A stretch of 43,685 bases of DNA from Octopus bimaculoides (lineage: Eukaryota), in assembly GCF_001194135.2 (NCBI RefSeq), contig NC_069000.1, positions 27,511,325 through 27,555,009 of the forward strand. The letters run 5' to 3'. Every line of letters starts with the position of its first letter. Position 1 is the stretch's first letter. The notes beneath the pieces were generated by a model, which worked only from the letters and a program-made list of their open reading frames with translations, was not told the DNA's origin and did no database searches. The translations under genes were made by a program, and so were the position numbers. Positions 23,120 to 34,204 of this stretch are shown one piece after another.

Positions 23120-25096
23120 CTAGCAGAGATACCCAGCGTTGTTTAAACAGGTGATACGGGAAAGTGCAGCATTGACGACAAAACATTTGTAGAGTAAATG
23201 ATGGTCTAATTCGACTAATCGACATGTAATACATCCGTTTGGAGGATTCCATGCCCTAACCTAGCGTGGAAAACTGGAGTGGGGGTGTGTAATTTTTGAA
23301 CCCACCGAAAAGCTGTCAGTGGATATACTCGCCTTTGAGGCGGTCAGCGCTGCATATAACACGACCCATTGTATGGTTAACAGTCAAATGAATGGAGGTG
23401 TAATGGAGATATTGTACGTAAATGGGCTGTAATGGGAGACGGTGACGGAGAAGTGAACTGTCGAAAGAGGTTGAGGAGGAGCTGGTAGTGCTGGCAATCT
23501 GACCTTACCGCCTGAGCAGCACATGCCACTAGTTTCATTTGGAAATTTGAAAACTTTGCAGAAACGACAATTTGAGTGTATCACACCAATTTGTAGAGAA
23601 TTATCGTTTTTATAAGGCTGGGATGGGTCATATCTGAAAGCAGCTCCTGGTGTTGTGAAGAACGAATTTGCCTGTGGTCTATTTCTGAGAGCTATATTAT
23701 ATTGGACATCTGTTTAATATAGCATGCTAAACGTTGTTCTAATGACTCGGCATTAAGTATTGCAGCATGCCTTAGCTGATCTTGGGAAAATCTCATCTCC
23801 TTTCTCTCTTGAGACTCCATTTGACGTGCTGCAGCATGCATCTGCTGACCCTGAGAAAGTCTCATCTCCTTTCCCTGTTGAGACACACGCCTTCGGTTTT
23901 CAGGAATCTTCNNNNNNNNNNCATCTCCTTTCCCTGTTGAGACACACGCCTTCGGTTTTCAGGAATCTTCCACGCTTTATACTGTGTTTCTAGAGAGAAA
24001 CACGTCTTTTCTTTGGTGGCATATTTTTTCAATATTGTAAACAAAAAATTATGAACATTGAAAAAATATATTGGGTTGTCTGGAAAGTTCGTGTCGATTT
24101 TTAAAGGAAGAAAAAAAAGAATCAATAAATACTTGTCATTATATTTTTAATCAACCAAATATGAACCATTCTGTTACACAATGCGTCTCCATCTTTCCTT
24201 TAACTTGAAAATAACCTCTTCCCAGAATTGAGGTGGTTTCATGGCAAGTAAGTCGAAAGGTAAGCTACTATAAATTGGCATGAACTTTCCGGACAACCCA
24301 ATACATTAATCTCTATTTTTGTAAGCAGTTGTATGTATATAGCATGCCCGTATTTTTGTATGCAGTGTAAATTAACGAAATATAAGCAAATGAACAAAAT
24401 AGCACATGTATGGAACTGCTAATTTAACAGTAAATACCACAATAATTATTACAGAGAGACAAAGAATTTTATATTTTACCTTGCAACCTTGCAACTGCTG
24501 CGATAATTATTAAGGCATAATAGAACAGTAAATGTGTATTGTTTTAATGGAAATGAATATAAAATTTCGTATTGACACTGGTCAGACAGCACTTCACGCA
24601 TGTCTGTTGTCGACTGAATATATAACACAAGCAACACATAAAAAAGAAACAAAAATAAAATAACACGTGTTAAAATTTTTTTCTAAAAACGTTCATTGAC
24701 GTTAACTGGAGTTTGGGGTTCGAGTAGACGTCATTCCACCTTTTCATTTATCATTACCATTCTTTTCATTCGATTTTATTTTTCCCTACTTTTGTGTTTT
24801 GTCTGTCCTTGTGTTTCAGTTTTTATACTGAAATAGTGGAAAAGTTTCATTTTTAAAGTGAAAGTATTTGACATGAGTGTTTTTGTTTCACTTTTGACAC
24901 GTAATACTTAAATAACGGAGGAGATATTATGTTGCTGTGGGCTCGAACTATGCAAGAAGTTCAAAATTTTTTTTGCCTAAAACACAACCAGGACCCTAAG
25001 TAAGGCATGTGTAAAATTTGAATGAAATAGGTTGTGTAGTTCTGGAGTTTTAGGGATTCACACAGACATACATTCTTATTTTTATATATATAGAGA
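23120..25096 (-). mobile_element. Helitron deletion derivative with both termini
   Basis: 5' A^TCTCTATATATATAAAA at 25096 and 3' CTAG^T at 23120. The RepHel N-terminal remnant includes repeats (ESQERKEMRFSQDQLRHAA) and CRFCKVFKFPNETSGMCCSGGKVRLPALPAPP. Confidence 0.88.
24071..24301 (-). mobile_element. Mariner-derived MITE, 231 bp, nested in the Helitron
   Basis: TIRs TTGGGTTGTC(T/C)GGAAAGTTC(G/A)TG with TA on both sides. Retains transposase C-terminal codons (FWEEVIFKLKERWRRIV). Confidence 0.88.
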
Positions 25097-25199
25097 TAAT
25101 TTAAAACATTGGAGAGCCTGAGAAGGTCATTGCTGGCATTTATACACAGTGATTTAAAAAAAGAGGTATGTAAATGATACTCATTTTAATAGCATACTC

Positions 25200-25279
25200 T
25201 TCATCATCATAGTCGTTGTTTAATGTCTACTTTCCATGTTGGCATGGGTTGGATGGTTTGACTGAAGGCTGGCAAGCCA
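25200..25279 (-). mobile_element. 3' tail of the (ATG)n-tailed repeat, cut by the gap
   Basis: Reverse complement of CCAACCCATGCCAACATGGAAAG..GACATTAAAC and (ATG)n. Confidence 0.7.
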
Positions 25280-25379
25280 NNNNNNNNNNNNNNNNNNNNN
25301 NNNNNNNNNNNNNNNNNNNNNNNNNNNNNNNNNNNNNNNNNNNNNNNNNNNNNNNNNNNNNNNNNNNNNNNNNNNNNNN
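25280..25379. other. Assembly gap of exactly 100 N (likely unsized scaffold join)
   Basis: Direct count gives 100 N. With the 3130-3229 gap it delimits the block holding SLC35C1 exons 2-3. Confidence 0.85.
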
Positions 25380-25694
25380 AAACAATACACAATGCTTCAA
25401 GCGAACTACAATACTCTCTTATATATAATTGAAATTAGTGTTCAGCAAGAATTGCTTCACCACACACCCAAAATTAGAAATAGCAGTCAAAACTACTATT
25501 TCTCTACCAAAATACAATTTTCGGTGTGGTGGTGCAATTCTTGCTGAACCCTAATTTTAGTTATGTTTATATAACTTTACTGATAATGGTTTTTTAACAC
25601 ACCAAACTACTTGGTAAAATTAATAATTATTGATTATTAATTTTTACCCTATATCTGTAATTATATATATATATGGTTGCACCAGGCTTTAATC

Positions 25695-25811
25695 TGAACT
25701 CTGCCAGATCAGATTGGAGCCTGGTGCAGCCATCTGGCTCACCAGTCTCTAGTCAAATCGTCCAACCCATGCCAGCATGGAAAGCGGACGTTAAACGATG
25801 ATGATGATGAT
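25695..25811 (+). mobile_element. 3' tail of the (ATG)n-tailed repeat
   Basis: AGATTGGAGCCTGGTGCAGCC...CCAACCCATGCCAGCATGGAAAGCGGACGTTAAAC and (GAT)n. Confidence 0.75.
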
Positions 25812-25844
25812 ATATACATACATACATATAGATATATATGTATG

Positions 25845-25876
<32 letters not shown>

Positions 25877-25877
<1 letters not shown>

Positions 25878-26598
25878 CAACTTTAAATAGAGCTCAAAAC
25901 TGATCCGTTGAAAATACTTTATTACAACAATAATAATAATAATAATAATGAAATTGACCTATGTACATTTCAATGTACATTTTTATTTTTAATTGTGTAT
26001 ATTGGTGTGTGTTAGAGTTTATTAGAGAGAATTTCATTTAAGAACATTATCATTATTATTATTATTATTATTATTTAAGTGTGCTTCTGTTTAACCAGGT
26101 TCCTCTAGTTTGAATGTTATAATTAATAATTGTTTTCTATGGTATGATTTCTTTCTTTCTTTATTTATTTTGATGATTATTGCTCTAACGGGTTTTTTAA
26201 TTTTATAGCGTTCTAAATTGATCAGTAACTGATTTTTATAATATACAATTTTTAGTTTGAGTTAATTTTCCGTTTGCTCGTTCCTTGCACATTTGGGATG
26301 AACAGTTGTGTGCCATCTATTACCTTTTCATCCTGTTTTGTATATTTTCATGGGTCAACTATGAAAATTGGATTTGAATGTTTTCTGTTTTTATTGGCTG
26401 TGTATTACTAATAATAATAATAATGGGACCCTGAGGAGATGGAGTATCCTATATTTTATAATATTTTATGATATGTATCAATCATTCTGGATGTTCCATC
26501 GAAATGTACATAGGTCAATTTCATTATTATTATTATTATTATTATTGTTGTAATAAAGTATTTTCAACAGATCAGTTTTGAGCTTTATTTAAAGTTGA
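25877..26598. repeat. Long inverted repeat, arms 25877-25971 and 26501-26598
   Basis: The arms differ by two substitutions and one (AAT) unit. Both outer flanks are (TA)n. Confidence 0.93.
26425..26516 (+). ncRNA. Type I hammerhead ribozyme with complete catalytic core
   Basis: Stem I GACC/GGTC; CTGAGGA (26431-37); stem II GATGGAGTATCC/GGATGTTCCATC with the G10.1-C11.1 pair; GAAA (26501-04); palindromic stem III ATGTACAT; cleavage triplet AUA ending at 26512. Confidence 0.85.
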
Positions 26599-26943
26599 TA
26601 TATATATATATATACAAAAACNNNNNNNNNNNNNNNNNNNNNNNNNNNNNNNNNNNNNNNNNNNNNNNNNNNNNNNNNNNNNNNNNNNNNNNNNNNNNNN
26701 NNNNNNNNNNNNNNNNNNNNNNNNNNNNNNNNNNNNNNNNNNNNNNNNNNNNNNNNNNNNNNNNNNNNNNNNNNNNNNNNNNNNNNNNNNNNNNNNNNNN
26801 NNNNNNNNNNNNNNNNNNNNNNNATATATATATATATATACCAGAGTAAGCACATAAACGCGAATGAAGGTGGGGAAAATAGTACTCGAATACCAGAGGT
26901 AAAGTAATATGGTTTATTAAAAAGCAGCAAAAATATCACAAAT

Positions 26944-26983
26944 ACTGCTGCTCAAAGTTTCACATTCCCGTCCGTCGGACAGT
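26944..26983 (-). ncRNA. Decayed minimal hammerhead motif
   Basis: Stem I ACTGT/GCAGT, core CCGACGG (for CTGANGA), short stem II AC/GT, GAAA, stem III ACTT/GAGC. Three core substitutions. Confidence 0.55.
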
Positions 26984-27787
26984 TTTGTGTAGAATGGAGC
27001 AAGACAAAGTTATATGCAGAAATACAATTCCTTTGCTAGATACACATTTGAAAATGATTTTGTTTTATTGGTCCTTTCAACTAATGGTCTTTTCAATAAC
27101 CGGTTGCATGAAATAACAAATTGCTGTTTAAAATCATATTATTATAAAAATCGAACACCTGAAATCAAAAATAGCTTATAAAGAAGGAAAAAGACCTGAA
27201 TACCCAGGGTAGTTAATTAGCTGTAAAAATAATAAATTAATAAATTAAAAGATATATCAGTTTTAAAAATTTTTAGGCTAAATTACGTATACATTTGGCA
27301 ATACATATACATACCAAACAGTCTGTAACATACGTATATACACTAAACATATAGACGTAGGTACATGGTTACATACCTATACAGACATATATAGGCAAAA
27401 CAAAAGTATACGCTCACACACATGCACACAAAACCTCCTGGTGTATGCTTATACAAGTCAGTTGTTACAGGCGAAAGAAAGAAAAAGAAAAATATCAGAG
27501 AACAAGTCGGAGGGGGAGGGAGAAAAAAAGGGGAAAAGAAGAAAAAGAAAAGGAAAAGAAAGAAAAAATTAGAGGGTGAATGGAAAAAATAGATAGAGGT
27601 AGAGAGAGTGAAATGGTTGGCGTTCCAATAAGTACCAAAAGTTAGAAACTTTGTTTAACTTATGAAACATACACATAAAAACACACATAAAATTACATGT
27701 ATATCTACATAAATACAAACATACATACAGATACACACACACATATAAACACGGATACAAATATACAAATATGTACGCAAATATAAG

Positions 27788-27835
<48 letters not shown>

Positions 27836-28165
27836 NNNNNNNNNNNNNNNNNNNNNNNNNNNNNNNNNNNNNNNNNNNNNNNNNNNNNNNNNNNNNNNNN
27901 NNNNNNNNNNNNNNNNNNNNNNNNNNNNNNNNNNNNNNNNNNNNNNNNNNNNNNNNNNNNNNNNNNNNNNNNNNNNNNNNNNNNNNNNNNNNNNNNNNNN
28001 NNNNNNNNNNNNNNNNNNNNNNNNNNNNNNNNNNNNNNNNNNNNNNNNNNNNNNNNNNNNNNNNNNNNNNNNNNNNNNNNNNNNNNNNNNNNNNNNNNNN
28101 NNNNNNNNNNNNNNNNNNNNNNNNNNNNNNNNNNNNNNNNNNNNNNNNNNNNNNNNNNNNNNNNN

Positions 28166-28408
28166 TTTACTTGTTTCAGTCATTTTGACTGCAACCATGC
28201 TGGAGCACCGCCTTTAGTCGAGCAAATCGACTTATTCCTTGTAAGCCTAGTACTTATTCTATCGGTCTTTTTTGCCGAACCGCTAAGTTACGGGGACGTA
28301 AACACACCACCACCGGTTGTCAAGCGATGTTAGGGGGACAAACACTGACACACAAACATACACACACACATATATATATATATACATATATACGACGGGC
28401 TTCTTTCA
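28166..28408 (-). mobile_element. tRNA-SINE, 3' portion
   Basis: Same family as 5991 and 35779, in reverse orientation. Confidence 0.85.
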
Positions 28409-28424
28409 GTTTCCATCAAAATCC

Positions 28425-31100
28425 TTTTATAAGACCATAAAGATAACCTCACGCAAAACCCTAGCTACAGATTAATAAATCACACAGAAAGTGAAATAGG
28501 AAATATTAGTAAACTCATATTAGATAATATCATATTACACATCAGAACATACTCAAACTTTACTTAATGGATATGTAGTAGTTTAACTATTTAATCGTTT
28601 AAGAACAGAAGATAAACCGAAATACCAATTCATCCAATTTGACATCGTGGAGTTTTACCCCTTGATCTTCAAAAGGTTCATATAATCATATATATAGCTA
28701 GCAGCTAAACCTGGTTTCACCCGGTCTGTTTGGATGATGTGGCTGTGATTGTTTTCGGTTAGGCATAATCTATAACAGCGTTTCTCAACCTGATCATTTC
28801 GTGTCCCATTTCGATTGGAGCCTCCAGCTGTATGAAGATTTCACCCCCTCTTGTCAGAAAATGGCTTCAGGAGTTGTGAAGAAAGAATTTGTACGTAGTC
28901 TGTTTGTGAGAGCTATTCTATCGGATGTCTGTCTAATCGTTAAAAGATTTATTTAATTATGAACATAGAAAGAAATTATACATTAATCCCAATTTTTGTA
29001 AGCAGTTTTATCCGTAAAAATTTTATTTGCAGAGAGCAGAAATTGAAAGATATATGAAATGGACGTGCGTGTGTGTGNNNNNNNNNNNNNNNNNNNNNNN
29101 NNNNNNNNNNNNNNNNNNNNNNNNNNNNNNNNNNNNNNNNNNNNNNGTGTGTGTGTGTGTGTGTGAGAGAAAGAGGGTAAGAAAGAGAGATAGAGTGAGT
29201 GAGTGAAGTTGTGTGTCATTGACTTATGTTGGCTGGCACGGCAAGTACGAAGCTTCTGAGGCAGCGATCTTTTGAAGTGGGCGTCGAATGAAGAAACATG
29301 GACAGTTTTATGACTGAACTTCTTTTGAAGTTGTGGTGAGAGGGGAGAATCGATGTGCGTGTGTATGTCTGAGTGTGTGTTTGATGGGGTGTGCGCGACA
29401 GAGAGTAATGTTGATGGTGTATATGTATAAGAGAGAGAGAGAGAGAGAGAAAAAGAAAGAGATGAATGAAATTTATCATTCAGTTTATTTATTTATTATG
29501 TATATATGTATGAATGGCTTCAGTGACACACACTCACATACACGCATGCATGCTGTTTTAAGCGATTTTCTCTGTAAGTATGGGGGCTAGGAAAAAATAG
29601 AAAGCGCGCTCCAATCTATGCATCCGTCTCCACATGTGTGCCATTCTTCACGCGAATCCACGCAGCCATTTGGCCGTAAACCTCAAGACAAGAAAGAATA
29701 CAACGGTCGGCCAACTTCAATTTATATTATAGATTATGAATGCAAGGCAGTCATTACTTTTTCATGATAATTCTTATTGGGTAAAAAAGAATGGCAATGA
29801 GCTATTTGATGTGGTAATGGAGAGCTATGAAGGTGAAGAGATAAGTGACCTTGTAGGCCTCAATATCCTAGATATCTTTAGAAAAGAAATAAAAGCCAAC
29901 ATGGGTTTATTTTGGGATGATAGCCTAGGAGTGGCATACAATAAAAATGGACATGATATGGATGGGATAAGAAAAACATTATGCAAAATATTTAGCCAAT
30001 TAGATCTAAGCACCACAATTAGTACCAACCTTAAAGAAGCCAATTTTTTAGATAATAACATGAACCTGAGCAAAGACAAATTGAAAGCCTATCACAAACC
30101 AAATAAAGAAACCTCATACATAGATATAGGCTCCAACTACCCAACCATCCACTAGCAATCATTAAACAGTTAGTTAATGACATTAACCTGCAAGTCTCTA
30201 ATCTACCTGCCAATAAAGACACTTTTGAAAAAGGCTGCCCCATACTACAATGCTGCATTAGAAAGATCCAACCTCAAGAATATCATAAACTACATTGAAT
30301 CAAATGTAGATAGACCAAGAAGGTGCCGGCAGAGGAAAATCTTATGGTTTAACCCACCTCATAGCATGAATGTAGCCACTAACATAACTAGGAAGTTCTT
30401 AAATTTAATAGACAATCACTTCCCACATTCACACAAGTACCATAAGATCTTCAATAGAAACACAGTTAAAGTTAGCTATAGTTGCCTCCCTAATATAGGG
30501 TCCACAATAAAAATAAACCCGCCAGGAATACTCCTGAAAGGCACTGTAATTGGAGATCTCCAAACCGCTGTTCTCTAAATAATAACTGTCGTATACAACA
30601 AGGCTAAAATCATGGACCCCAACAGAGTAACAAAGACATATATCGGAATGATGGCAACTCATTCAGGGAAAAATACACACAATACCTGGCATCATTCAGG
30701 GACAAAAAAAATAAAAGACATGTGACATCCCTATCCAATATGATATGGACATTGAAAGAAGGAAGAGTAAACATCTCTCAGGTAACATGGAATATTATTG
30801 CTAAAGCCAGAAAACACAGGTAACAGGGTGCCAAATATGAGCCCTGTATCACTGAAAAACTAAAATATCATCCAGTCAAGAGATAACATCTTAAATATTA
30901 AGAATGAAACCTTCTCTCCCAATATACACAAGCAATATTTTACATTTCAAAGAGGAACCACCACCTACTCTGCCAATCCCACCAAAATAGTTTCTTTCCC
31001 TGAACATGAACATTGAATATACACAACATACGAACTCCACACTAAAAAGATACATGCCCCTCTGATGAACTCCCTCAGCACACAAATATACAAACATCAC
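28425..31100 (+). mobile_element. PLE remnant (Naiad-like), RT to GIY-YIG, split by a Helitron
   Basis: DHKDNL...RLIN..ESEIGNISK..LD and FIQFDIVEFYP (28430-28670); NARQSLLF...FDVVMESYEGEEISDLVGL...FWDD (29736-30155); WFNPPHS...KIFNRNTVKVSYSCLPN; YIG...SLSNMIWTLKE (to about 30950). Confidence 0.9.
28698..29733 (-). mobile_element. Non-autonomous Helitron-like element, family A copy 2, both termini
   Basis: 5' A^TCTATAATATAAA at 29733 and 3' CTAG at 28698. The first ~250 bp closely match 5786 onward. Confidence 0.78.
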
Positions 31101-31390
31101 ATATACCCAGAATATAATATAATACAAACAAATTCACAAGGGAGATAATCATTCAAAGGTGCCATCCAAGAATAGTGCTCCTTGATTTCTTGTTTTCTTT
31201 ACGAGATATTTTTGTGAATTCCCAAGATTTTCTGCATTTACATCCAAAATGGAGATGAACACCATTCTTTCATGTGATCAGCTTGAAAAATTGTTAAACT
31301 ATTAAGATATTTTTCTTGACATGAAACCAATATGAAGAGTGGTTAGGAGTCCATACAAATCAAAAATTATAGTTAAGAAAAAACATGGGA

Positions 31391-31692
31391 ATATATTTTA
31401 GAGAATGTTTAATAAAATTTAACCAGTTTCAATGTATCCATCTTATCAAATATTAGAAAGAATTTTGGTGGGTGTCAGAGAGAAAAAACATTTTTTGCTG
31501 GGTTTCACAGTTTGTACCCATATTTGAGTTCTTAATCTTTCATTAAGAACTCAAATAGGGGAACAAACTGTTAAACCCTGCCAAAAATGTTTTTTCTCTC
31601 TGATCCACCAAAAACTTTTTTCTAATATTTCTAACATTTGATAAGATATGTCAAGACTGGTTATATTTTGTTAAACATTCTCTAAAATATAT
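31391..31692. repeat. ~300-bp foldback palindrome (MITE-like)
   Basis: Arms 31391-31536 and 31542-31692 around a 5-nt loop (CTTTC). The innermost 16 bp are perfect and the outer parts pair with scattered mismatches and indels. Confidence 0.92.
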
Positions 31693-31726
31693 AGTTTTGT
31701 GCCTTTTCCAACTTTTTATTTTTCAA

Positions 31727-31814
<88 letters not shown>

Positions 31815-31815
31815 T
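31727..31815. repeat. (TA)n microsatellite
   Basis: Directly visible. Many other (TA)n, (CA)n, (GA)n and (AAT)n tracts occur, e.g. 5661-5698, 8530-8562, 19765-19830 and 22276-22315. Confidence 0.95.
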
Positions 31816-32539
31816 TATATTCTTTAAGTTCATCCATGGAAACCGTTTTTGAGTATGCATATAAAGGCTTCTATTTTATTACGTTGACTACAGCCTAATG
31901 ATACCAACCTGCAACAGCAGTTTTATGAGGTTGTACTGAACTGTGCCAATATAATGTAGGATAAATATAATAATAATAATCCAAGGATGGAATTTATAAA
32001 TATTTTAAAGTATTGCTACACACATTTCCACATGTTTCTTATGATCACGAACCAATCCATAGTATCATAGTTTATGCATTCATTTCATCAGGCACTATGA
32101 CATTAAAGTTGGAAGCAAGGAATGTATATAACTGAAAGATGTTTATCAATTTCCACTAATCAAAAGGTTCATTGGGGTATGCGGGCAGTTCTGTGTGTAT
32201 TCATTCGGGAAGAATAGAAGATGGTGGAAAGAGAGAAAGGAATGGTAATGATAAAGGAGAGGAAGGTGTTTGGTGAGGCTAGACTTGTTTTGATATTTGT
32301 GTACAGATGTTGGGATAGGTAGTATGTTTTATTGGTTTGACTTTAGTTACAGCAGGCATTCCCTCAATGAATTTAGATGTTGTAGGATCAGGAAGCCACT
32401 TACTTTGGTGTTGAAGTTCATTGTCTGAGTTGAGAAATGTTCCCCTAAAGGGTCCTTTTAGTTACTTATGGTGGTACAGTGACATAGCATAAGGAAATAA
32501 TGAGTTTTTCTTTTTGTTTAGTTCATGTTTCTATTCTTC

Positions 32540-33600
32540 TCTTGATCTGTTAGATGTTGATGAAGGTTAGTGTTTCTGTTTCATAATGTTCTGTTTGAAT
32601 TCTAGGAAGGATGCCTTGATCTTATGTCTAATTGATACAATTACTTCAGAATGTCTATTAATTATGTTTTCCCTGGATGTGCTGATCTCCCGGGTTTCCA
32701 CTGAGCATAATTTCCATACTTGTGATGTTCTACTGTATGGACTAGCATTTTTTATTGTGGACCAGTTGGTTGTATGCTCCACTCCATTTCATTTCTGCCC
32801 CCAGATAAGGTTAGATAATGTGCAGTGTTTCCAGTTCCACCAACATTGCACATATTTTTGTGCATCCATCTTCACTTCACATTTGTAAACCACGCTCTTT
32901 ACTATGCAGTTGTTATTAAACTTGTACTCATTTTTCCATTTGAAGTTACATGTTATATTATTTTTTCTGATTCTGTAAGCAGAGGTATTATTAATACTCA
33001 CATTCCTTCTTCCTCTTGCAACAGTGTTCTTATTTTCTTTAGGTATAGATTACACTGCCAATGGTATGGCGCTGTTTGGACCCCTTCTTGTTATGGAGGA
33101 GCTTTTATCCTTCATATTTGCAACCATCCCATTGTTATTTTGTTTTGATCTGCAGTTTTTCCGTAAGCCCCCTCTAATTTTATTTTATTGAGTTTTCTGT
33201 TTATTTAATTTGTGTATGTAGTATTCTGGATTGTACAATGTCGCATATGCTAATTTCACCTTATGTCTGCTGATAATTTTGTGATGTTTGCTAGATTTAG
33301 AGAAGTGCCTATCTAATGCTGAAAAGAATTCCAGGTTTATTTTGGATTTTATTTGTGAATTGAAAATTGGGTTAAACCAAATAATTTCATCACTCTTTAT
33401 TTTACTATTTCTTTTAATGGATCTATTGGATTTGTTACTGCAATTTGTTTTATCTGTTTCTACTATATGCTTAATATTTCTATCTATGTCTATTGGTCCC
33501 GTCATTTCAACCCTTGCTCGCAACTTCCTGGGTTCTGTTTGATATCTATCCTTCTTAGTGTTGCAGATGCATTTTTCCCATTTTGGTCCCTATCACATTT
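32540..33600 (-). mobile_element. PLE remnant (Naiad-like linker and GIY-YIG)
   Basis: IIWFNPIFN...F...LDRHF...HHKIISRHKVKLAY, then NNCIVKSVVYKCEV, LSNLIW, WSTIKNASPYS...KLCSVE and INRHSEVI. Confidence 0.82.
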
Positions 33601-33831
33601 ACTGTTTTTTTAGAGTCTGGTATTCTGTGGTTATTTATAGGATTATCTCTAATATTAATAACACTGTCTGGATATTAAATATTAATTCTGTACATATATT
33701 ATTCTATCCGTATACCTTGCCCTAGCTAGTCCTGAGTTGTAATATCCGTTCATCTGCAGATAGTCTGTATATTCAGTTTGACACACTTCTTGGGATGTTT
33801 CACAGCAAATGTTCCAGATGTGCAGCATATC

Positions 33832-33960
33832 AATTGGTATTAAGAAGGATATCCAGCCAAAACAAACAATAGAACCTGGAGCAGTTCTCTGGCTAACCAA
33901 CTCTTGTCAAACTATCCCACCCGTGACAGCATGGAAGATGGGTGTTAAATGATGATGATG
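33832..33960 (+). mobile_element. Diverged (ATG)n-tailed repeat 3' end
   Basis: TTAAGAAGGATATCCAGCC...CAGCATGGAAGATGGGTGTTAAATGATGATGATG. Confidence 0.6.
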
Positions 33961-34204
33961 AATAGCACTGGCTACAGTGAAATTTTATCCCAAATGTAAC
34001 ACAAAAACAAGTCATATTTCAAAGTTGAAAGAAGGAAAAGCTGTTTTCATCTGGAGTGATACGTAAAAGAGAGTTCTATAATTAAAACAGTAAATTTAAA
34101 TTAAAATTTAGGAAGCCAATCTTACCTTTTTTTCACAAATATGACCAGCTTGCTAAATGTCTACCAAATGAACTGAATAATGAAGTTTAGAGAGTAGCAA
34201 TATA

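Noticed and set aside
23863-23970. 49-bp exact duplication in the Helitron repeat region
   Set aside because: Identical copies on either side of a 10-N gap; most likely an assembly artefact.
31062-31068. CTGATGA in the 3' UTR of the plus-strand Naiad remnant (also 12258)
   Set aside because: No stem II or downstream GAAA, so a hammerhead cannot be supported.
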